DNA of 64,000 bases, from positions 12,108 to 76,107 of the forward strand of contig MNTB01000032.1 of the NCBI GenBank assembly GCA_001916775.1. The letters are read 5' to 3'. Positions 20,049-28,506 of the stretch are shown piece by piece. The notes below the pieces were generated by a model, which did not search any database, had not been told where the DNA came from, and saw only the letters and a list, made by a program, of their open reading frames with translations. The translations under genes and the position numbers were made by a program. Position 1 is the stretch's first letter. Each line of letters opens with the position of its first letter. This DNA comes from Firmicutes bacterium CAG:321_26_22. GTDB taxonomy: Bacteria; Bacillota_I; Bacilli_A; RF39; UBA660.

Positions 20049-20605
20049 TGAAGATTAGACTTGCTAGTCCTGTTCTTATGTCTGATAGTATAGTAGATGG
20101 TGAAGGTATAAGAGCAGTACTATGGACACAAGGGTGCTTGCATAAGTGCCCTGGATGTCAAAATCCTCAGACGCATTCTTTTGATGATGGTTTTCTAATT
20201 GATATCGAAGAAGTTAAAGAACAAATTGATGCATTAGAAGGACAAGATGGTATTACTTTTTCTGGAGGAGATCCTTTCTATCAAGTAGAAGAATGTATAG
20301 AGATTGCTAAATATATTAAAAGCAAAAAGATGAATATATGGTGTTATACTGGTTTTACTTATGAAACACTTATTAAACTAGCTAAAGATAATCCTAAAAT
20401 AATTGAATTTTTAAAACTTATCGATGTTTTAGTAGATGGTCCATTTATTTTAGAAAAAAAGAGTTTAGATTGTGTTTTTAGAGGTTCTACTAATCAAAGA
20501 ATTATTGATACTAAGTTAAGTCTTAAAAATAAAGAAGTTGTTTTAGTAGATAAATATTATACTGAAAAGAAAGTTAAAAATAAAAGAGATAGGATTTATA
20601 TCTAA
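20048..20605 (+). CDS. nrdG: anaerobic ribonucleotide reductase activating protein (radical SAM)
   Basis: CLHKCPGC radical-SAM cluster motif and a GGDP SAM-binding motif. Translationally coupled to the upstream ORF. Confidence 0.85.
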   Translation: MKIRLASPVLMSDSIVDGEGIRAVLWTQGCLHKCPGCQNPQTHSFDDGFLIDIEEVKEQIDALEGQDGITFSGGDPFYQVEECIEIAKYIKSKKMNIWCYTGFTYETLIKLAKDNPKIIEFLKLIDVLVDGPFILEKKSLDCVFRGSTNQRIIDTKLSLKNKEVVLVDKYYTEKKVKNKRDRIYI

Positions 20606-20658
20606 TCTCTTTTTCTTTTGCCCACGCGGGCCTTAAATAAATTTAAGTTTTACGTGGT

Positions 20659-20688
20659 ATAATAGAGCCTATATAATAGTCTCTATTA
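20659..20688. repeat. hairpin element TAATAGAG-N13-CTCTATTA (family 3, copy 1)
   Basis: Perfect 8-bp inverted repeat. It lies immediately downstream of an extended -10-like GTGGTATAAT. Its reverse complement matches the 61447-61474 element. Confidence 0.5.
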
Positions 20689-20833
20689 TAAACAATTGTA
20701 TGTATATATAAATTAAAATAAATAGTCATATTATATTGACTATTAAGTAAAATTATAGTACAATTATCTAGGTAACACCAATAAGGTGCGTCTCTCCAAT
20801 TTCTTGATTATCTCAAAGGAGAGGAGTGATTCT

Positions 20834-20881
20834 ATGATGAAAAGACCTTTATTAATACCCTTGGGGGTTTTGGAGGCTTGA
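20834..20881 (+). CDS. candidate 15-aa leader/upstream peptide
   Basis: MMKRPLLIPLGVLEA with strong RBS AAAGGAGAGGAG. It ends 3 nt before the next ATG and covers that gene's RBS. Confidence 0.25.
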   Translation: MMKRPLLIPLGVLEA

Positions 20882-20884
20882 GTA

Positions 20885-20962
20885 ATGGAACTAGTCCTTG
20901 CATTTGCTTGGATTACTCTTATCACTATTATCTATATTGATAATATGATACACAGAAAATAA
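20885..20962 (+). CDS. candidate 25-aa hydrophobic membrane peptide
   Basis: MELVLAFAWITLITIIYIDNMIHRK is one TM helix with a basic C-terminus. RBS GGAGG lies 8 nt upstream. Two hairpins follow: GGCACCC-agg-GGGTGCC (20970-20986) and ACACCTT-cacac-AAGGTGT (21013-21031) + T-run. Confidence 0.3.
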   Translation: MELVLAFAWITLITIIYIDNMIHRK

Positions 20963-21142
20963 AAAAGATGGCACCCAGGGGGTGCCTTCATTTAAACAAT
21001 GGAGAGAACACCTTCACACAAGGTGTTACCCATTTTTATTATGGATAAATTTCTCTTCCTGTATACATTTTATCAAATTTTAATAAAAATAGCAATACTT
21101 TTTCAAAATATATGTTCGTTTTTTAATAACATGTATATATTT

Positions 21143-21260
21143 TTTTATTTGGAATTATCTTAGTTAGAAAGTACTTCACTGTGAATATAATATCTTAATA
21201 CTATTCATTCCTAGACTCTAGGCTAGGAATGACATTCTAAGATGTAAAGCTTAGAATGAA
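21143..21260. repeat. paired-hairpin intergenic repeat, family 1 copy C
   Basis: Left arm ~85% identical to copy A. Hairpin 1 is ATTCCTAG/CTAGGAAT. Hairpin 2 is CATTCTAAG/CTTAGAATG, replacing the CATGAAAAT/ATTTTCATG of copies A and B while preserving the stem. It ends ~16 nt before the glmS promoter -35. Confidence 0.6.
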
Positions 21261-21275
21261 TATAATAATAAATAG

Positions 21276-21304
21276 TTTACAAAATATATTAATATTGATA
21301 TAAT
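21276..21304 (+). promoter_or_regulatory. sigma-A-type promoter for glmS leader (TTTACA-17-TATAAT)
   Basis: TTTACA 21276-21281, TATAAT 21299-21304. Confidence 0.6.
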
Positions 21305-21339
21305 ATACTAAAGTTTATAAATATAAAAGGAGGTAAATT

Positions 21340-21480
21340 ATAAACTAGCGCCTGAACCATAATAAGGTTGACGAGGAGAGTAATTATCGAATATTCGGCG
21401 GATGTTACTCTGGGTTATATACTCATTAGATTATTATAAAAAACAAAATCAATATTGTATAACAAAATAATAATCACATA
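21340..21480 (+). ncRNA. glmS ribozyme (GlcN6P-responsive self-cleaving ribozyme)
   Basis: ACTAGCGCCTGAACCATAATAAGGTTGACGAGGAGAGTAATTATCGAATATTCGGCGGATGTTACTCTGGGTT matches the glmS ribozyme core AGCGCC..GAAC..AAUAGGUUGACGAGGAG..UAUCGAAU.UUCGGCGGAUG..CUC.GG. It sits in the glmS 5'UTR. Confidence 0.85.
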
Positions 21481-21497
21481 TAAGAAAGAGGTAAAAT

Positions 21498-23267
21498 ATG
21501 TGTGGCATAGTAGGTTATGCAGGAAAAACAAATGTAATTAAAAATATAATGATAGGATTAAAATCCTTAGAATATAGAGGTTATGATTCATCAGGAATAG
21601 CCTATTTAGATAAAAATAATAATATCAAAATATATAAAAAAGAAGGTCAAATAAAAAACTTAGATCAAATATTAAATTATGAAGATGAAGCAAGTTTAGG
21701 AATATCCCATACCAGATGGGCTACTCATGGAGGAGTAACAGACAATAATGCTCATCCTCATAATCAAGGAAAAATAACATTAGTCCATAATGGTATTATA
21801 GAAAATTATGAAGAATTAAAAAAAGAATTAGAAAAAGAAGGTTATAACTTTAAATCTAGTACCGATAGTGAAGTAGCAGCAGCCCTAATAGATAAATTAT
21901 ATAAAGAAAATAAAGATATGTTAAAAATATTAGTTATATTAAAAGATAAACTAAAAGGAAGTTATGCTTTTAATATCATAAATAGTGATATACCTAATAA
22001 AATATATGGTATAAGAAAAGATGTACCCTTAATAGTGGGAGTATCTGATCATGGTAATATGTTTGCTAGTGATATACCCGCTATCTTACATGTAACAAAT
22101 AAATATATTGTATTAAATAATAATGAAATTGTAGAATTAGAGCAAGATAATATTAAATATTATAACAGTGAAGGAAAAGAAATAACTAAAGAAGTAAAAG
22201 AGTATGCAGGAACAATTGATAGTATAAGTAAAAATGGTTATGATCACTTTATGTTAAAAGAAATAAATGAAGAATCAGAAGTAGTAAAGAATATACTTAA
22301 TTTATATACAAAGAATAATAAAATTAAAGATATCTATAATATTAAAAAATATAAAAATATTGATATAGTAGCTTGTGGTTCAGCATCTTTTGCAGGACAA
22401 ATAGGTAAGTACTATATAGAAAGGTATGCTAATATTAAAACGGAAGTCTATTATGCATCAGAATATAGATATCAAAAGAATTTCTTTACTAAAGATACAC
22501 TAGTAATACTAATATCTCAATCAGGAGAGACAGCAGATACATTAGCGGCTCTAAAACTAGCTAAAGAAAACGGTATTGATACACTGGCTATTGTCAATAG
22601 AAGAGATTCATCAATAGCAAGAGAAGCAGATAGTGTTATATATACAGAAGCAGGTATAGAAGTAGCAGTAGCTACAACTAAAGCATATCTAGCTCAAGTA
22701 TTAATTCTTCTTTTATTAGCATTTAAAGATAATAATAAAGAAACAAAGTTACTTGAAGATCTTAAGTTGTTACCTAATTTAATTACTAAATATATAAATG
22801 AATACAATTATAGTAATATAGCAAATATCCTTAAAGATAAAGAACATATCTTCTATTTAGGAAGAGGTATTGATTACTATTTAAGTATGGAAGGTAGTCT
22901 AAAATTAAAAGAAATATCTTATATCCATAGTGAAGCCTTTCAAGCTGGAGAACTAAAACATGGTAGTATATCACTAATAGATAAAGATTTTGGAGTAGTA
23001 TCAGTAGTTACTGATAAGACAATTAGTGATAAAACAATTAGTAATTTAAAAGAAGTAGCTGCTCGTGGAGCTAAGATTATTGCTATTACTAATATTAAAG
23101 ATAATAATTTTGCTGATTATACAATATTAGTAGATGATTATGATGAAATATTAAATCCATTATTAGTAATAGTACCAATGCAAATGCTTGCTTATAATGT
23201 AGCAAAGTTAAAGAATTGTGATATTGATAAACCAAGAAATCTTGCTAAGTCTGTTACTGTTGAATAA
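21498..23267 (+). CDS. glmS: glutamine--fructose-6-phosphate aminotransferase
   Basis: N-terminal MCGIVGY (Ntn Cys2), two SIS domains, C-terminal ...AKSVTVE. Confidence 0.95.
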   Translation: MCGIVGYAGKTNVIKNIMIGLKSLEYRGYDSSGIAYLDKNNNIKIYKKEGQIKNLDQILNYEDEASLGISHTRWATHGGVTDNNAHPHNQGKITLVHNGIIENYEELKKELEKEGYNFKSSTDSEVAAALIDKLYKENKDMLKILVILKDKLKGSYAFNIINSDIPNKIYGIRKDVPLIVGVSDHGNMFASDIPAILHVTNKYIVLNNNEIVELEQDNIKYYNSEGKEITKEVKEYAGTIDSISKNGYDHFMLKEINEESEVVKNILNLYTKNNKIKDIYNIKKYKNIDIVACGSASFAGQIGKYYIERYANIKTEVYYASEYRYQKNFFTKDTLVILISQSGETADTLAALKLAKENGIDTLAIVNRRDSSIAREADSVIYTEAGIEVAVATTKAYLAQVLILLLLAFKDNNKETKLLEDLKLLPNLITKYINEYNYSNIANILKDKEHIFYLGRGIDYYLSMEGSLKLKEISYIHSEAFQAGELKHGSISLIDKDFGVVSVVTDKTISDKTISNLKEVAARGAKIIAITNIKDNNFADYTILVDDYDEILNPLLVIVPMQMLAYNVAKLKNCDIDKPRNLAKSVTVE

Positions 23268-23295
23268 AAGAAAGCTTATGGCTTTCTTTTATTAT
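23268..23295 (+). terminator. rho-independent terminator after glmS
   Basis: AAAGAAAGC-ttatg-GCTTTCTTT followed by TATT. Confidence 0.65.
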
Positions 23296-23469
23296 ATAGT
23301 AAGTTTTTTACTTTTTTATAATCTTTGCCGGCTTCATCCCACATCCCTTTATTATCAAAATAATTGTATCATACAATTTAATATATGTAAAAGAATTTAT
23401 AAATATTAATAGAATTTATATTAACTATTATTTAAATATGCATAAATTATTATAGAGAGAGGAATGGTT

Positions 23470-24546
23470 ATGAAGAAATATAAAATATGTGTATATGCTA
23501 TATGTAAGAATGAAGAGAAATATGTTGATACTTGGTATAATAGTGTTAAAGAAGCTGATAAGATATTTGTATTAGATACTGGTAGTAGTGATAATACTTA
23601 TAATTTATTAAAGGATAAGGATAAGGTTATAATAAAAAGGGAGGTAATATCACCATGGCGTTTTGATACTGCTAGAAACAGGTCTTTAGATATGGTTGAT
23701 AAAGATACGGATATATGTGTTTGTATAGATTTAGACGAGGTGTTATTACCAGGATGGAGAAGACTACTTGAAGAAGCCTGGAAGGAAGATACTACTAGAG
23801 CATTATATACTTATAATTGGCGTCTAGAGAATGAGATACCATTAGTAAGTTTTTATTTAGATAAAATTCATAGTCGTAATGGTTATAGATGGACTCATCC
23901 AGTTCATGAAGTGCTTACTCCTGATATAGAAGAAAAAAAGATAATAATAAAAGATATAATATTAAATCATTATCCCGATCCAGAAAAGAGTAGAAGTAAT
24001 TATTTACCATTACTAGAAATGTTTGTTAATGAGGATCCGGAAGATGATCGAAATATGCATTATTTGGGTAGAGAGTATATGTATTATAAAAGATATAATG
24101 CCGCGATTGATACTCTTATTAGACATTTAAATTTAAAGAGTGCTACTTGGAAGGATGAGAGAGCAGCTTCAATGCGCTTTATTGGTAGATGTTATAGTTA
24201 TTTAGAAAGATATGATGAAGCTATTCTTTGGTATAAAAAGGCTATTAAAGAAGCACCATATTTAAGAGATGCTTATGTAGAATTGGCTCTTTTATATTAT
24301 AATTTAAATGATTATAATAAGGTTATATATTATACTAATAAGGCCCTTAATATTAAAGATAAGAATATGACTTATATAAATGAGATATTTAGTTGGGATA
24401 GTACTATTTATGATATTAGAAGTATAGCCTTCTATTACATGGGTAAATATAAAGCATCTTTAAAAAATATTAATATTGCTATTACTATGAATGATGATGA
24501 TGAAAGACTATTAAATAATAAAAAAATAATAGAGAGAAATATTTAA
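23470..24546 (+). CDS. glycosyltransferase family-2-like domain protein with C-terminal TPR repeats
   Basis: N-terminal ICVYAICKNEEKYVDTWYNSVKEADKIFVLDTGSSDNT is a GT-A fold signature. The C-terminal half has TPR-like repeats (YLGREYMYYKRYNAAIDTL..., AYVELALLYYNLNDYNKVIYY). ATG 23470 sits 7 nt after AGAGGA. Confidence 0.5.
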   Translation: MKKYKICVYAICKNEEKYVDTWYNSVKEADKIFVLDTGSSDNTYNLLKDKDKVIIKREVISPWRFDTARNRSLDMVDKDTDICVCIDLDEVLLPGWRRLLEEAWKEDTTRALYTYNWRLENEIPLVSFYLDKIHSRNGYRWTHPVHEVLTPDIEEKKIIIKDIILNHYPDPEKSRSNYLPLLEMFVNEDPEDDRNMHYLGREYMYYKRYNAAIDTLIRHLNLKSATWKDERAASMRFIGRCYSYLERYDEAILWYKKAIKEAPYLRDAYVELALLYYNLNDYNKVIYYTNKALNIKDKNMTYINEIFSWDSTIYDIRSIAFYYMGKYKASLKNINIAITMNDDDERLLNNKKIIERNI

Positions 24547-24619
24547 AATTCTCTCTATACTAATTTACTTTTAAAAATATTCATAGTATAATTATAAGAG
24601 ATGTAAAAAGAGGTGTAGT

Positions 24620-25552
24620 ATGGCAAGTAAAAGAAAGAGAAAAAGAAAATTAAAACCATTTACTAAGGTATTATTGGTATTAATACCATGCTTTGCAATA
24701 GTTGGAATAGTATATGGTATAGATAGTAATAGAGTAAATGATAATAAAACTACCGATGTTAAATTAGATATTAAAACTAATGATAATGTTGTTAATGATA
24801 GTAATGAAGTTACTGGTAATACTACTGATGATAATGGTAGTGTAGACGAAGTAGAAGTAAATCCTGATGATATTTATGGTATATTAGAAAATATTGCTAA
24901 AAAAGATTATCGGTATAAGGAAGTATTAGCAAATAAAGATATATATCCTGAGAAATTATTAGAAATGTTATCTCGTAATAAAGATATGATAAGCTATATG
25001 TATGACTTTGGAGATAAAAAAGGTCATGTTTATATTGATAATATTGGTAAAGTAACTAAAGGTGAATATCCTTTATTACTACAATATGACAAGAAATGGG
25101 GTTATGGTATTTATGGTGATAATGTTATAGCTGTTAATGGCTGCGGTCCTACATCACTTGCTATGGTAGTGGCAGGTTTAACTGGTAAGAATGATACTAC
25201 GCCTTATGATATTGCAAAGTATTCTTATAAAAAAGGTTATTATACTGAAGAGTGGGGTACTAAGTGGGATTTAATGTCTACTGGTGTTGAACCATTTGGT
25301 GTAACTGGTAAAAAAATAGTTTTATCTAAACAAAATTTATATAATGAATTAAATAGTGGTCATCCTTTAATAGCAAGTATGAGACCAGGAGATTTTACGA
25401 CAGTAGGTCACTTTATAGTGTTAACTGGTATTAAAGATGATAAGATTGTTGTAAATGATCCTAATAGTAAAGAAAGAAGTTCTAAGTTATGGGAGTATGA
25501 TGTAATAGCTCCTCAGATAAAAGGATTATGGACTTATAGTTTAATAAATTAA
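24620..25552 (+). CDS. membrane-anchored C39-like (papain-fold) peptidase domain protein, YvpB-like
   Basis: N-terminal TM helix. Catalytic Cys context NGCGPTSLAMVVAGL and a downstream His in TVGHFIVLTG. Confidence 0.5.
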   Translation: MASKRKRKRKLKPFTKVLLVLIPCFAIVGIVYGIDSNRVNDNKTTDVKLDIKTNDNVVNDSNEVTGNTTDDNGSVDEVEVNPDDIYGILENIAKKDYRYKEVLANKDIYPEKLLEMLSRNKDMISYMYDFGDKKGHVYIDNIGKVTKGEYPLLLQYDKKWGYGIYGDNVIAVNGCGPTSLAMVVAGLTGKNDTTPYDIAKYSYKKGYYTEEWGTKWDLMSTGVEPFGVTGKKIVLSKQNLYNELNSGHPLIASMRPGDFTTVGHFIVLTGIKDDKIVVNDPNSKERSSKLWEYDVIAPQIKGLWTYSLIN

Positions 25553-25585
25553 AAGAACTAGAAAATTGTTATCTAGTTCTTTTCT
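25553..25585. terminator. bidirectional terminator between convergent genes
   Basis: AAGAACTAG-aaaattgttat-CTAGTTCTT with T/A runs on both sides. Confidence 0.55.
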
Positions 25586-27269
25586 TAATTTTATTTACAG
25601 TATCTTTAACAATAGTACCTTGTTCTTTTTCTTCTATAAGAGTAAGTTCTTCATTTATACTATCAAGTGTTTCTCTTAAGCAAGCAGAGACTTCATCGTT
25701 TCCATATTTACATATAAAATCAGCATACTCAAATAATTTTCTAAGTTCATAGTCGTATTTATTTAATAGTTCTTTAACTTCATTAATAATTCTATTTCTT
25801 TCTTGAATACATTTTTCGTTTTCTTTATTATAATTTTTAGAGTTTTTTATATCGTTTTTAATCTTTTTAACGTCTTTAATTAATCCAATAAGTATATGAC
25901 TATGTGGTGCAATATTAATACCTGAATATATTAATATTGCTAAGATTTCAAGGTATGCAAAATAACCCCAAAATACATTTTGATCGTATGTGAAATTATT
26001 CTCATCAACAGAAATCTTAGAAATAGTATAATATATATCATCATAGGTATCTATATAAGAAATAGTTTCTTTAAATTCTTTATGGGAATTTTTTGCAATT
26101 CCTAAGCCATCAAGATCAAGATTCATTATTTCTTGATTTGATAGATTGGCTATATTTCCTAGATCATAATCTGTAACATATCTATAGTAGCCCGCTAGTG
26201 CTTTACGATATGGTTCATATTTGGTAACACGAATACTATCTGTATAGTCGGTAGAATAAAATGGTTTGGTAGTAGTTTCACTATTATCTCTAGTATCATA
26301 GGTTGTAATAGTAGTACTTTTGGCTTTGCTATTTTTCTTAGCTAGTACTTCTGCTCCAAGATAAGCTCCTCCAAATAAAGCTGTAGTAATAGTAGTACTA
26401 AGAATAATACTAAAAATACTTTTAATATAATTAGTACTTTTTTGCTGTTTTTTCATCTTTTCTTTTTCATTTTCAATATTATTTGATATATTTTTTAGTC
26501 TTCGTCTATAGTTATGTAATTTTGTATTAATATCTTGATATAAAGGAATTAAATCTTTTACATCTTCAATATCTTCTTTTTGTTTGAATGGCTCTACTAG
26601 TAGTGATAATAATTCATAGTCTAAATAGTGGCTATTAATACCATTTAAATCTAGTATATTTTTTCTATTAAAAATATTGGTGTTTTTACTATCATTTCTC
26701 TCTAATTGTTCTAATTCACTTGATATTTCTTTATCTAAATATATTGTGTGTATTTCATCAGTTATTAAGGCGTTATATAAATTTTTTCTTCCACATTTAA
26801 TTTCTTCTTTTAATAAATAATAAGTAATCTTGTAAATGGATTCAACTATATCTTTTTCAGTAGAATAATCCAAGGTGTTGGATTTCTTTAACTCATTTAA
26901 GATACTAATTAACTTTGGAGTTATTTCATCAAGTTGTTTAGATGTAATTTTATTATTTTTGATAATACTTTTTAATAGAGTAGTAAAAGAATTAACTTTA
27001 ATATATATTTCATATTTAGATAATTCTTTTTGCATTACTTTAAGACTATTAATTGCTTTAGAATAGTTTGCTTCTAGATAGTCTACCACAAATGGTGAAT
27101 CTAAGCCTTTTCTTAAATCTTCTTTGTTATTATTTCTACATGTTTCTTCAATGTCATATACGGCATTTTCATAATTAGTAGTATTTAATCCAATGTTATT
27201 TAGTTTAGAAATGATCTTCTTGGTTTTATATAATTCAGATTGATATACGATTGCTAAATCTCTTTCCAT
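25569..27269 (-). CDS. hypothetical membrane protein
   Basis: 566-aa ORF. Predicted TM segments lie around residues 275-305 and 445-470. Coiled-coil-like K/E-rich segments. No recognised domain. Confidence 0.5.
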   Translation of the reverse strand: MERDLAIVYQSELYKTKKIISKLNNIGLNTTNYENAVYDIEETCRNNNKEDLRKGLDSPFVVDYLEANYSKAINSLKVMQKELSKYEIYIKVNSFTTLLKSIIKNNKITSKQLDEITPKLISILNELKKSNTLDYSTEKDIVESIYKITYYLLKEEIKCGRKNLYNALITDEIHTIYLDKEISSELEQLERNDSKNTNIFNRKNILDLNGINSHYLDYELLSLLVEPFKQKEDIEDVKDLIPLYQDINTKLHNYRRRLKNISNNIENEKEKMKKQQKSTNYIKSIFSIILSTTITTALFGGAYLGAEVLAKKNSKAKSTTITTYDTRDNSETTTKPFYSTDYTDSIRVTKYEPYRKALAGYYRYVTDYDLGNIANLSNQEIMNLDLDGLGIAKNSHKEFKETISYIDTYDDIYYTISKISVDENNFTYDQNVFWGYFAYLEILAILIYSGINIAPHSHILIGLIKDVKKIKNDIKNSKNYNKENEKCIQERNRIINEVKELLNKYDYELRKLFEYADFICKYGNDEVSACLRETLDSINEELTLIEEKEQGTIVKDTVNKIKKRTR

Positions 27270-27380
27270 AACTCCTTCTCCTTTAAATTTAAACGCTTTT
27301 TATTATAACATTTATATAATCTACTGTCAATTATATTAAATTTTGTATTTTGATGAACAAACAAATATTCGAAAAAACAC

Positions 27381-27408
27381 TTGACAAAAAAATATAATAT
27401 GATATAAT
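27381..27408 (+). promoter_or_regulatory. promoter of first Cys4 paralog (TTGACA-16-TATAAT)
   Basis: aaaaaacacTTGACAaaaaaatataatatgaTATAAT. The same architecture is repeated at 27963-27990. Confidence 0.55.
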
Positions 27409-27442
27409 AAGTCTCGCTTTTTAAGCAAAGGGGGAAATTTTA

Positions 27443-27889
27443 ATGAAAGAAGTAGAAAAAATTTTAATAAGAAAAGAAAATGATGAAGTAAGTGTAAGTC
27501 AAATAACTGAAAGAGCTGATTTAGATGTTCAAGCTGGTGTAACACATTTATGTTGGGATTGTGCTAACGGATGTCCTGCTAATTGTAATAAAGTAAAGGA
27601 TATTAAGAAGAAAAATATTGAAGCTTATCCATTTATTACAAGTGGTTACCAAGTATTTAATACTAATGGTAATATGGATAGAATGATTGTTACAGAATGT
27701 AAAGATTATCAATATATAAAAGCAGAACAAAAAACTCCTCAAGAACAAACAAAAATTTCTGATGCTAGAAAGAAACTTAGATTACTTTATTTTGGCGCTC
27801 AAACATTAAGTGAGGCTAACAGAATTCAAAATGATCTTCTTGATAGAGGACAATTAATTAGTCCTAGAGGAAGAAATAGGGGTAGATAA
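27443..27889 (+). CDS. small Cys4 (zinc-ribbon-like) protein with basic C-terminal tail, paralog 1
   Basis: 148 aa. Shares the pattern HLCW.C...C....C.KV.DI.KK.IE.YPFIT.GYQ.F...G..D.M.VT.C with the ORF at 28026-28502. RBS AAGGGGGAAA. Confidence 0.5.
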   Translation: MKEVEKILIRKENDEVSVSQITERADLDVQAGVTHLCWDCANGCPANCNKVKDIKKKNIEAYPFITSGYQVFNTNGNMDRMIVTECKDYQYIKAEQKTPQEQTKISDARKKLRLLYFGAQTLSEANRIQNDLLDRGQLISPRGRNRGR

Positions 27890-27962
27890 CAAAAGGGTGC
27901 AAAGGCACTCTTTTATTCATTATTTTAATATTATTATTTAACAAACAATTATTCGAAAAAAC

Positions 27963-27990
27963 TTGACAAAAATGAAAATACTGATATAAT
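27963..27990 (+). promoter_or_regulatory. promoter of second Cys4 paralog (TTGACA-16-TATAAT)
   Basis: ttattcgaaaaaacTTGACAaaaatgaaaatactgaTATAAT. The flanking 5'UTR is homologous to 27336-27440. Confidence 0.55.
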
Positions 27991-28025
27991 ATATCTTGCT
28001 TATGAAGCAAAGGGGGGAAAATAAT

Positions 28026-28502
28026 ATGAAAGAGGAAAGAAAAATGATATTTAAAAAAGAAAATGGAGAAGTTACTGAGATTGCTAGGGCTGAAGAAGTA
28101 AGAATGCCAAACGATGTAGCGAGAAAAATACATTTATGTTGGAAGTGTAATTGTGCATCACCACTTCAATGTTCTAAAGTAGAAGATATTGTTAAAAAAG
28201 AAATTGAAGAATATCCTTTTATTACTGATGGATATCAAATTTTTACTAAAGATGGTAAATTAGATGAAATGGTAGTTACTGGTTGTGATAATTTTGTACC
28301 AGAACGTAAAGTTTATTTATCAAAGTATGATCGTAAAAGAATACAAGAAGCTAGAGATCAATTAAGTATGTTATATTTTGGAGTAAATTCAGTAGAAGAA
28401 GCTAGAAGATTAAAAAAAGAAAAAAGAGCAGTATATGATGAAGAAAAAAGACAAGAAAATTTAGCAAAAAGAAGAGTTAAAAAGAAAAATATTGGAGAAT
28501 AG
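28026..28502 (+). CDS. small Cys4 (zinc-ribbon-like) protein with K/R/E-rich C-terminal tail, paralog 2
   Basis: Same conserved Cys4 core as paralog 1. ATG 28026 after AGGGGGGAAA matches the start context of paralog 1. Confidence 0.5.
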   Translation: MKEERKMIFKKENGEVTEIARAEEVRMPNDVARKIHLCWKCNCASPLQCSKVEDIVKKEIEEYPFITDGYQIFTKDGKLDEMVVTGCDNFVPERKVYLSKYDRKRIQEARDQLSMLYFGVNSVEEARRLKKEKRAVYDEEKRQENLAKRRVKKKNIGE

Positions 28503-28506
28503 TAAG

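Noticed and set aside
23218-23409. 63-aa ORF overlapping the glmS 3' end and terminator
   Set aside because: It spans the glmS stop and its terminator hairpin. Hydrophobic nonsense composition and no RBS.
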